Shown in pieces: positions 20,356-29,228 of a stretch of 64,000 nucleotides of DNA. The first letter of the stretch is position 1; every line of letters begins with the position of its first letter. Position numbers and translations under genes: made by a program. Source of the stretch: Alphaproteobacteria bacterium (GTDB taxonomy: Bacteria > Pseudomonadota > Alphaproteobacteria > UBA828); assembly GCA_965214705.1 (NCBI GenBank), contig OZ243972.1, forward strand, positions 2,688,001 through 2,752,000. Direction: 5' to 3'. The notes under the pieces are model-generated. The model had not been told where the DNA came from. It saw only the letters and a list, made by a program, of their open reading frames with translations, and searched no databases.

Positions 20356-21497
20356 ATGGCGAACAGAACGAAGATCACGATGGCGGGCGTGCGCGCCTTC
20401 GCGACTGCGGACGGACGCGAGGCCGTGCTGTGGGACAGCGCGGCACCGGGGCTTGGTCTGCGGGTGCGCTTGAATGGGCGCAAGACGTGGATCGTGCACC
20501 GGCGCTGCAACGGCTTGGTCGTCAAGCGGACGCTCGGCACGCTCGACGCGCTGACGGTCGAGGACGCACGGCACGCGGCGCGGGCGCTGCTCGCCGACGC
20601 CGAAACGGGCGGCGCGGCGGCGGCGGTCCCGACCGTGCGGACATTCGCGCCGGTGTTTCTTGCCGACTGCGCCGAACGCTGGAAGCCCTCGACGCGGGAA
20701 GCCTACGCGCATACCGTGCGGCGCTGGATACTGCCCGCGTTCGCCAACCGCCCGGTCGATGCGATCGGCGCTAAGGATGTGCGTCCTTGGCACGACGACA
20801 TCGCGGCCATGTATCCGGGCTCGGCGCACTGGGCGCTCGCGGCGATGTCGTCGATGATGAAGCACGCCGAGGCACTCGGCCTGCGGCGCGAGGACTCCAA
20901 CCCGTGCAAGGGACTGCGGCGGCGCAAGACCGGCTTCGAGGCGCACTACCTGACGGACGACGAGTTCGCCGCGCTCGGTCGGGCGCTCGACGGCGCGGAA
21001 GCGGATCATCCGGTCGCCGTCGCCGTGGTGCGCTTCCTGCTCTACACCGGCGCGCGCAAGTCCGAGGCGCTGCGGCTCAAGTGGGAGCATGTTCACGGCG
21101 ACCGCGCGGTGTTGCCCGACTCGAAAACCGGCCCGCGCACGATCTGGCTGGCGTCCCCGGCCCGCGCCGTGCTCGCGGCGCGGCTACGGCGCACCAATTG
21201 CCCTTGGGTGTTCGCTTCTCCCTGCGGCGGGCCTGCGACGGTGGACAGGGAATGGAACGCGATCCGCGCGGCGGCGGGCCTGCCGACGCTGCGCATCCAC
21301 GACCTCCGGCATAGCCATGCGGCGGTCGCGGTCAACGGCGGCGAGGGCCTGCGCGTCGTCGCCGGGCTGCTCGGCATGCCGACATCAAGACCACCTTCGG
21401 CTATGCGCACCTTGCCGAGGACTCCGTGTTCGACGCGGCCAACCGGGTGTCGCGCGGCCTCGCCGACATGCTCGACGGCGGGGAGGCGGGCCGATGA
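20356..21497 (+). pseudogene. Tyrosine integrase with arm-binding domain, 1-bp deletion frameshift at ~21375
   Basis: LWD..PGLGLRV, TGARKSE, SKTG, HDLRH; GH motif broken, ADIKTTFGYAH continues in another frame. Confidence 0.85.
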
Positions 21498-22654
21498 CCG
21501 AACGCGCCCGCCTGACCGATGCGCTCGCGCTCGCGGCTCGTCCGCGCGAGCGCGAATACGCAATCCACGATACCGCCCTGCAAGGCTTCATGCTCCGCGT
21601 CCAGCCGCACGGCGCGCGGTCCTGGGTGTTCCGCTTCCGCCGCGACGGCAAGCCGCGCCGCGTCACGCTCGGTAAGCCGGACGCGGTGAAGGCCGACCAG
21701 GCGCGGGCCGCCGCGCTCGCCTTCCTCGCCCGCGAGAAGGGCGGCGGGAGTCCCGTGCCCCTTCCCGCTTCCGGCCCGACGCTGGCGAAGTTCGCCGCGG
21801 AGTATGTCGAGCGGCGCTCGCCTTCATGGAAGTCGTCCACGGTGAAGGCGACCCTGAGTTACCTCAACAGCGCCATCCTGCCCGCGCTCGGCCATCTCCG
21901 CGTCGGCTCGGTCGTGCGCGCCGATGTCGCCCGCTTCTTCCACGAATACGGACGCAGAAAGCCGGGCGGCGCGAATCGAAGTCATGACATACTGCGCAAC
22001 ATGTTCGACTGCGCCATCGTGTGGGGCCATCGGCCCGAAGCCGCCGGGAACCCGTGCAAGGGCATCGTCCGCTACCGGCGACCGCCGCGCGGGCGGCTGC
22101 TCGGCGCGGACGATCTGGCGAAGCTCGGCGCGGTCCTGCGCCAGCGCGAAGACGAATACCCGGTTTGCGTTGCGGCGGTGCGGCTGCTCCTGCTGACCGG
22201 GTGCAGGCCGGGCGAGATACGCCGTCTGCGCTGGTGCGAGGTCAAGCCGGACCGGCTCGCGCTGATTGACGCGAAGACGGGACCGAGGCACGTTCTGCTT
22301 GGCGAGGCGGCGCGGGAGCTGCTGCATGGCCTCGCCGAAATGGCGTCTGGAGAGTGGGTGTTTCCGGGCGGCAAGGGAAACGGGCCGTTGAGTACGAATG
22401 ACCTTTGGGCGTTCTGGACCAAGGCGCGCGATGCTGCCGGTATCGTGGCGGATGCGCGGCTGCATGACCTGCGTCATGCGCACGCCTCGCACGCGGTCAT
22501 GAACGGCGAGAGTCTGCATGTCGCGGGGCGCTTGCTCGGGCATCGCCGGGCCACAACGACCAACCGCTACGTCCATCTCGACGACGCGACCCTGAGCCAA
22601 GCTGCAGAACGGGTAGCGGTGGCGATTCAACGGCGACTGTGGCACTCTCCGTGA
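21494..22654 (+). CDS. Second tandem tyrosine integrase
   Basis: IHD..LQGFMLRV, TGCRPGE, HDLRH, LLGH, TNRY; ATGA overlap. Confidence 0.9.
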   Translation: MTERARLTDALALAARPREREYAIHDTALQGFMLRVQPHGARSWVFRFRRDGKPRRVTLGKPDAVKADQARAAALAFLAREKGGGSPVPLPASGPTLAKFAAEYVERRSPSWKSSTVKATLSYLNSAILPALGHLRVGSVVRADVARFFHEYGRRKPGGANRSHDILRNMFDCAIVWGHRPEAAGNPCKGIVRYRRPPRGRLLGADDLAKLGAVLRQREDEYPVCVAAVRLLLLTGCRPGEIRRLRWCEVKPDRLALIDAKTGPRHVLLGEAARELLHGLAEMASGEWVFPGGKGNGPLSTNDLWAFWTKARDAAGIVADARLHDLRHAHASHAVMNGESLHVAGRLLGHRRATTTNRYVHLDDATLSQAAERVAVAIQRRLWHSP

Positions 22655-22686
22655 TGGACAACACCAAACTCTATTCCGAGGGTTTC

Positions 22687-23085
22687 ATGTACATTGAAGA
22701 AACGATTGCAACAATCCTTATATCTGCTCTGGTTTCTGGGTTGCTCGCAACCTGCGTTTCCTTCTACCTAAATCGCAAACACACCAAAGACTTGATAAAG
22801 CGGGACGTCCACCGACGTCTCGTAGGCAATCGTTCCGTTTTGACTAAACCGGGTGTCGGGGTCAAGGGCGAGCCCTTCATCGCCTTGAACGAGACGTTTG
22901 TAGTATACGCGGCACATCCGGAGGTCATTTCCGCCCTCCGCAAGATGCATGAGGAACTCGCCTCACCAGATCGAATGCCCGACAACCTAGTGAGTCTCGT
23001 CAAAGCTATGGCTAAGGCCGCGAAGGTGCCTATTCATCAGCTAAACGACGATTTTTTCCTGCGGCCATTCACTCCACCATCTTGA
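22687..23085 (+). CDS. Small N-terminal TM protein (DUF6680-like, tentative)
   Basis: Hydrophobic N-terminal helix, ALNETFVVY, LVKAMAK. Confidence 0.6.
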   Translation: MYIEETIATILISALVSGLLATCVSFYLNRKHTKDLIKRDVHRRLVGNRSVLTKPGVGVKGEPFIALNETFVVYAAHPEVISALRKMHEELASPDRMPDNLVSLVKAMAKAAKVPIHQLNDDFFLRPFTPPS

Positions 23086-23100
23086 GTTCTGGTGGTTTCT

Positions 23101-23586
23101 ATGGTGGATACTAGAACTCCAGAACAACGCCGACGCATTATGCAGGCAGTCAAGAGCGAAAACACCGCGCCAGAGCTGATCGTCCGACGACTGTTGCATG
23201 GAATGGGCTATAGATACCGACTTCATCGCACGGACCTGCCTGGGCGACCGGACATCGCCTTAATCTCGCGCCGAAGAGCTATCTTCGTTCATGGTTGCTT
23301 TTGGCATGGTCACGACTGCCGAAAGGGAAAGCTGCCCAAATCGCGCCTCGACTATTGGGGACCGAAACTAGAAAGGAACAAGGAACGCGATAAAGAAAAG
23401 GCGGAAATGCTAGAATCATTAGGTTGGGGGGTGCTCGTAGTGTGGCAGTGTGAAACGGTCGATCTTGTCGCACTTACGTCACGACTTCATGAATTTATTG
23501 GTAGCAGAGATTTCCGATTGAAACAAAAGGTAGACCTCCGCAATTCTGCCAACATTAGAGTCGAGAAACGAGAGGCGGCGTCATGA
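23101..23586 (+). CDS. vsr: Very short patch repair endonuclease
   Basis: D...RRRIM...NTAPE, LPGRPD, FVHGCFWHGH, VWQC. Confidence 0.95.
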   Translation: MVDTRTPEQRRRIMQAVKSENTAPELIVRRLLHGMGYRYRLHRTDLPGRPDIALISRRRAIFVHGCFWHGHDCRKGKLPKSRLDYWGPKLERNKERDKEKAEMLESLGWGVLVVWQCETVDLVALTSRLHEFIGSRDFRLKQKVDLRNSANIRVEKREAAS

Positions 23587-24914
23587 GACCTATCGGTGTA
23601 GACTTGTTTTCTGGCGCAGGTGGGCTTAGCTTGGGATTCGAGCAAGCGGGATTCGACATAGTCTCTGCCGTCGAGATCGATCCTGTGCACTGTGCGGCTC
23701 ACAAGTATAACTTTCCGCATACAGTTACCATTCCTAGATCTATCGAGGAAGTCTCCGGCAAACATATTCTAGAGATGTCGGGAGTCGGACAACGCGAAGT
23801 GGATTGCGTTTTCGGTGGCGCTCCCTGTCAGGGATTCTCGTTAATCGGTCACCGAGTACTTGACGATCCTCGTAATCGATTAGTTCGGGAGTTCGTTCGT
23901 ATTGTTGTTGAATTAGAAGCCCGAACGTTCGTATTCGAAAACGTGAAGGGATTGACGGTTGGCAAACACCGAGCGTTCTTGGATGAGCTAGTCGATGAGT
24001 TTTCACAGGTTGGCTACAGGGTACGGGTCCCTTGGAAGGTTCTGAACGCCGGTCACTTCGATACTCCACAAAGTCGGGAACGACTGATCCTCCTTGGTGC
24101 GAGAGTTGGAGAAGTTTTGCCTGAGTATCCCGCCATTCTGACCAATATCGCCGCTGGGCGCAATCACGTCGAGGGTCTGCCCATCGGGCCGACATGTACG
24201 GATGCTCTAGGGGACCTTCCCGACGCGGATCGATTTCCGACTCTGATTGGCTCGGATGCCGTGATTACGTCTTCGTTCCGCAAGCCGTCGATGTATGCGG
24301 CACGACTTCGATGTCTCACCAACGACGCTTGGCACTTCGGTTATGTGCGGGAGTGGAGGCCCGGGATGCTGACATCGAGTGCTCGAACGGCACACACTCC
24401 CATTTCGCGCAAGCGGTTTAGTCATACGAAGTCGGGGACAGTGGAGCCTATCAGCAGATTTTTCAAGCTTTGTGAATCGGGTGTCTCAAACACCCTCCGC
24501 GCCGGAACGGACGGGGCACGAGGCGCGTTCACGAGCCCGCGCCCTATTCACTATAGGTATGATCGCTGTATTACCGTGCGCGAGATGGCAAGATTGCACG
24601 GTTTCCCTGACTGGTTCCGCTTCAATGCAACGAAATGGCATGGTGCACGACAGATCGGCAATGCCGTACCGCCGCCGCTGGCGAGAGCTATAGCCGGAAA
24701 GGTGGTCGAGGCTTTGGGAGTTAGACCAAGCAGGCCGGTGAAGCCAATCCCGTTAGGCGATTCCGCGCTCCTTTTGTTCGATCTTTCCCAAGCTGCCGAG
24801 TTCTTCGGGGTGAAACCGTTACCCAGTCGCCGCGACAGAAAGAGCGGAGCGAAGAAACGCAAGCAAATTGAGATCGAGCGTGAACGCATGGCAGAGAGCA
24901 AGGCTCATGCCTAA
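23583..24914 (+). CDS. dcm: DNA cytosine-5 methyltransferase
   Basis: FSGAGG, PCQGFS, ENV, QSRER, TVREMARL, GNAVPP. Confidence 0.95.
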   Translation: MRPIGVDLFSGAGGLSLGFEQAGFDIVSAVEIDPVHCAAHKYNFPHTVTIPRSIEEVSGKHILEMSGVGQREVDCVFGGAPCQGFSLIGHRVLDDPRNRLVREFVRIVVELEARTFVFENVKGLTVGKHRAFLDELVDEFSQVGYRVRVPWKVLNAGHFDTPQSRERLILLGARVGEVLPEYPAILTNIAAGRNHVEGLPIGPTCTDALGDLPDADRFPTLIGSDAVITSSFRKPSMYAARLRCLTNDAWHFGYVREWRPGMLTSSARTAHTPISRKRFSHTKSGTVEPISRFFKLCESGVSNTLRAGTDGARGAFTSPRPIHYRYDRCITVREMARLHGFPDWFRFNATKWHGARQIGNAVPPPLARAIAGKVVEALGVRPSRPVKPIPLGDSALLLFDLSQAAEFFGVKPLPSRRDRKSGAKKRKQIEIERERMAESKAHA

Positions 24915-25680
24915 ATCGCTAAACCGATATCAGGCACTCATCGAGAAGGTGTTCTTCGATCACTTTGAAGAAGGGCTGACCGAGTTCGAATTCCTGCGCG
25001 AAGAACTCGAAGAAGGTGCTGCGTCACTTGGATTCGCTCGTGTGAAGAATATTGGGGATGTTCCTTACTCTTTTCGATACCGGAACAAGCTACCTGACAG
25101 CGTTTTGGATACACAGTCGAAAGGCCGCGAATGGATAATCGAGGGCGCGGGTAAAGGACGCTATCGATTTCGGCTAGTTAAGCAAACGCGTATAGAGCCA
25201 CGGGCTGATCGAGTTGTCATAGATATACCGGACGCAACGCCGGAGGTAATTCGGGCATACGCATTGGATGATGAGCAGGCCCTCTTGGCGATTGTTCGTT
25301 ACAATCGGTTGATTGACATATTTCTTGGCCTGACGACCTATAGCCTCCAAAATCATCTTCGAACGACCGTAGAGGGCATGGGGCAAATCGAGATTGATGA
25401 ACTCTACATCGGACTCGATAAGAGCGGCGACCACTTCGTTATCCCTGTTCAAGCCAAAGGCGGGAAGGATCACATAGGTATCGTCCAGACTACGCAAGAT
25501 ATCCGGTTTTCCGAGCAGAGATTTCCTAATCTTGCGTGCCGGGCAATTGCGGTGCAGTTTATGGATGACCAGATCGTCGCACTATTCGAGCTAACCCTTC
25601 GAGGCGACGACATCAAGGTCGTGGAAGAACGACACTACAGGTTGGTTCCAGCCGAGGACCTGAAACGGGATACGAGATAG
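24907..25680 (+). CDS. Putative PD-(D/E)xK restriction endonuclease
   Basis: DEQALL, QIEIDE...PVQAK; overlaps the MTase stop. Confidence 0.7.
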   Translation: MPKSLNRYQALIEKVFFDHFEEGLTEFEFLREELEEGAASLGFARVKNIGDVPYSFRYRNKLPDSVLDTQSKGREWIIEGAGKGRYRFRLVKQTRIEPRADRVVIDIPDATPEVIRAYALDDEQALLAIVRYNRLIDIFLGLTTYSLQNHLRTTVEGMGQIEIDELYIGLDKSGDHFVIPVQAKGGKDHIGIVQTTQDIRFSEQRFPNLACRAIAVQFMDDQIVALFELTLRGDDIKVVEERHYRLVPAEDLKRDTR

Positions 25681-25741
25681 GCTAGGATGCACGCCCATGG
25701 TTTGAGACAAAGCCCCTTGGCGCGGGCGTCGGTGAAACAGA

Positions 25742-26323
25742 ATGCCTCTAACCACGTTGACAAGGCTGAAAGACGAGCTTCTGGACCTCTACGGAGAAGA
25801 CCAGATAGCGGTGTTCGCGACGACGACCGCGCGCAAGCAAGTGGATGACTGGTTGAAAGGCGGAGCGACCAAGGTCAACAACAGGCTGTCATTTGGGCAG
25901 GACGACCCCAATGAACCCGCAGCCGTTGCCGACTACTCGGTGACCTTCGCCGAGCTTCTTGCTCGATTAGATTCTGCCAGCCGACAGGCCAAGGCCGTGC
26001 GCGCAAGGTTGATCGTGTTCGCCTATACATTGTGGGAGAAGGTCTATCGACCGGCCATCAGTCGGGAGTGCGGCGTGGATCGCATAGACAGCGATGCGTT
26101 CGGAGATTTGCGTCTGTACCGACACGCCATCCTCCACCACAAAGGGAAGCTGGATACCGACACCACAGCTCTGACGGTGTTCGGCAAGGGCGACCTCATA
26201 GAACCGACCGCTGATCAGCTACGCGAGGTTTTCAAGCAGTTGGTGGTCGGACTCATCGACATAGGGGTACGCTACTACGGAGAGGACCCCGGTTTCGAGT
26301 GGGGACGCAAACTGAACCCGTAG
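25742..26323 (+). CDS. Putative HEPN-domain protein
   Basis: Helical protein with DLRLYRHAILHHKG (Rx4H). Confidence 0.55.
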   Translation: MPLTTLTRLKDELLDLYGEDQIAVFATTTARKQVDDWLKGGATKVNNRLSFGQDDPNEPAAVADYSVTFAELLARLDSASRQAKAVRARLIVFAYTLWEKVYRPAISRECGVDRIDSDAFGDLRLYRHAILHHKGKLDTDTTALTVFGKGDLIEPTADQLREVFKQLVVGLIDIGVRYYGEDPGFEWGRKLNP

Positions 26324-26540
26324 GGCAAGTGTCGGCTCGGCTGTCAGAAAGTGTGCCAGCAATTCAGATTGAGCCATTACCTGAGATAGGCGAGGGGTGA
26401 CGGACATGCTAGGTTCGTGTCCTGAGAGTTGGGCGGGTACGGAGTAAGAGGAAGTCGGAATAAGGCTGCTGTGGGTTCTCAAGCCACTGAAATAGCATCC
26501 TTTTTTTCAGGCTAGGGTGCGAGGGCACGGGGCTAGTCTA

Positions 26541-26564
26541 GCATCCCGGATGCGTGGGGTGTGA
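26541..26564 (+). other. MOBF-type oriT nic-like site 2
   Basis: GCATC-CCG-GATGC hairpin then GTGGGGTGTGA; 15-bp direct repeat of 20112-20126. Confidence 0.65.
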
Positions 26565-27068
26565 TGCTCCGGCCGCGTGCCCCGTATTGAGACCCCGAAG
26601 TGAAGCGCGCGGGCTGCTGATCGTCACAGTTCCAGTTCGAGCTCGTATTCGATCGTCTTGGGCCCGCGCTCCTTCACCGGCTCCGGCGCCTTCGCAGGTT
26701 CGGGTGCCCGCGCGGGTCGGGGTGCCGGAGCGGGCGGCTGCTCCCTCTCCGGTTCCGGCGTTCTCGCGGGCGTGGGCCGTCGTGTCCTTTCCGGCTCGTG
26801 GGCCGGCGCCTCGGGTCGGGACTCCGGTACCCGGTCCCTGGCGGGCGCAGGCGCCGTCCTTCTCCCGGGCTGTCGAGTCGGTGACTCCGGCCGTGCCTCC
26901 GTCCTCGGACTCCTTGCAGTTGCGGTCGGACGCATCGTCGCGGGTTCGCCGGCCAGCCCGTGCCGCTCGATCTCCCTTTCCCTGCTCGTGGCCGCTTCGC
27001 GTGCCTGCGCCTGCCTGGCCTGCTCCATCCTCCTCGCCAGTTCCGCCGCAGCGGCGACGCCCTCTAGT

Positions 27069-29228
27069 CCCAAGTTGGCACTTTTTCCGACCAGCCGAGC
27101 CTGTTCGAGCCAGTTTTGCGGCGCTGAACCACTAGATGTTGGGGTTGGAGGACACCTGAGACCCACATTTGCCATTCGTGGTCCTGGAAGCCAATTGTGG
27201 GGCCAGGACTTTGGAGTTGAGTCGATATCCCTCTTGCCAGATGCCGCGAACGCCGTGTATGCGAAACAGGCATCGCAGAAACGGCGCCGCCATGTACATC
27301 AAGGCAACCAGGACACACACCGACAAGGCCGGCCAGCCGGTCCGAAGCCATCGCCTCGTGCTCGCCCAGCGCGTCGGCGACAAGGTGCGCCACAGGACGC
27401 TGCTCAATCTCGGCACCGACTATCCGGTGCCGCGCGAGAAGTGGAAGGCCGTCACCGAACTCGCCGAGGCGCTGCTTCACGGCAAGCCGCCGCTGTTCGA
27501 GGGCGAGGCGGATGTGCGGGCCGCAGCCGAGGACATCGTCGCCAAGCTCAGGGCCAGGGGGTTCCGCGTCGAGGCGATGCAGGAAGAGGCGCGCAAGCCC
27601 GACATCGCCACCGTCGACCTCGATACCCTGGAGCACGAGAACCCGCGCACGGTCGGCTGCGAGCGCCTGTGCCTCAAGGCCCTCGACGCCCTCGGCTTCG
27701 CCGAAATCCTCCACGGCCTCGACATCAAGGGCCGCGACGGGCGCATCGCCAGCGCGCTGATCGTCGCCAGGATGGTCCATCCCGCCAGCGAGCGTGATAC
27801 CAGCCGCTGGCTCCGCCACGACAGCGCGGCCGCCGAGCTCCTGGGCCTGGAGGGCGACCGCAAGGCGCTGCGGCGCAAGACGCTCTACCGCATCGGCGAC
27901 CTGCTCTGGCGCCACCGCGCCGCCATCCAGCGGGAGCTGTTCAACCGTGAGCGCGCACTGCTCGACCTGCCCGAGACGATCGCCTTCTACGATCTCACCA
28001 ACGTCCACTACCACGGCCACACGGGCGGCGAGCTTCCCAGGTTCGGGCGCTCCAAGCAGAAGCGCGACGACTGTCCCCTCATCACGCTGGCGCTGGCGCT
28101 CGACGGCGCGGGCTTCCCGCGCAGTTGCGAGATCCTGCCGGGCAACGTGAGCGAGCCGGGCACGCTGCACGAGGCGCTGGCGCGGCTCGAGGCGGTGTGC
28201 GGCGGCACGGCGCCGAAGCCCACGGTGGTCATGGACGCGGGCATCGCCACCGAGAAAAACATCGCGTGGCTGGGCGAGCAGGGCTACGACTGGATCGCGG
28301 TCAGCCGCGGTGCCAGGCCTGCGCCGCCCGAGGGCGGACCCGAGGCCCTGCTGATCACCAGCGCGCGCCACGAGGTGCGGGCCTGGCGGCTTGCCAGCGA
28401 GGACGGCGAGGCGCGGCTCTACGTCGTCAGCGAGGGCAAGAAGAAGGCCGAGAACGCGATCATCGGCCTGAGGCGGAACCGCTTCGAGGCGGCGCTGGAA
28501 AGGCTCCACGGCGGCCTTGCGGTCAAGGGCCGCCTCAAGCGCTACGACAAGGTGCTGGAGAGCATAGGCCGCCTCAAGCAGCGCTTCTCCGCCGTCGCCA
28601 GGCACTACGAGATCACGGTCGAGAGGGCGAAAACCGGCCCCAATGCCACCGCCGTGCGCTTCAAGCGCAGGCCGCGATACGACGAGGCCGATGAGGGCGC
28701 CGGTGCCTATGTGCTGCGCACCAGCCACGTCGACTGGGACATCGAGACGGTCCTGCGGACGTACTGGCGGATCACGGATATCGAGGCGACATTCCGGAGC
28801 CTGAAATCCGAGCTCGGCCTTCGCCCGATCTGGCACCAGCTCGACCGGCGCATCGCGGCCCACCTGCTGATCGCCGTGCTGGCCTACCACGCCGTGCATC
28901 TGATCCGTACCCGGCTGGCCGCGCGCGGCATCCACAAGTGCTGGGCGTCGATCCGCGAGAGCATGCGGACCTGGGTGCGGATCACCACGCGCCTGCGCCA
29001 GACCGACGGCACCTTGATCGTCAACCGCCAGGACACGCGCCCGGCCGCCGAGGTTGCCGCAATCTCCTCGGCGGCGGGCGTGGACCCCGCCATCCACCGC
29101 ACGAGGACCCGTCTGATGAGCTGACAGAATCTCACAAAATGTGGGGCCATGTTGGAATCGACCGAGAAAAATATCGCGTTGAATCAAACCAATAGGGAAC
29201 ACAGGCAGCGGAAAAGTGCCAACTTGGG
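27069..29228 (+). mobile_element. IS1634-family insertion sequence
   Basis: Terminal IRs CCCAAGTTGGCACTTTT / AAAAGTGCCAACTTGGG, TAGT duplicated on both sides. Confidence 0.9.
27292..29124 (+). CDS. IS1634-family DDE transposase
   Basis: FYDLTN, FGRSKQKR, VVMDAG, IEATFRSLKSELGLRPIWH. Confidence 0.92.
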   Translation: MYIKATRTHTDKAGQPVRSHRLVLAQRVGDKVRHRTLLNLGTDYPVPREKWKAVTELAEALLHGKPPLFEGEADVRAAAEDIVAKLRARGFRVEAMQEEARKPDIATVDLDTLEHENPRTVGCERLCLKALDALGFAEILHGLDIKGRDGRIASALIVARMVHPASERDTSRWLRHDSAAAELLGLEGDRKALRRKTLYRIGDLLWRHRAAIQRELFNRERALLDLPETIAFYDLTNVHYHGHTGGELPRFGRSKQKRDDCPLITLALALDGAGFPRSCEILPGNVSEPGTLHEALARLEAVCGGTAPKPTVVMDAGIATEKNIAWLGEQGYDWIAVSRGARPAPPEGGPEALLITSARHEVRAWRLASEDGEARLYVVSEGKKKAENAIIGLRRNRFEAALERLHGGLAVKGRLKRYDKVLESIGRLKQRFSAVARHYEITVERAKTGPNATAVRFKRRPRYDEADEGAGAYVLRTSHVDWDIETVLRTYWRITDIEATFRSLKSELGLRPIWHQLDRRIAAHLLIAVLAYHAVHLIRTRLAARGIHKCWASIRESMRTWVRITTRLRQTDGTLIVNRQDTRPAAEVAAISSAAGVDPAIHRTRTRLMS

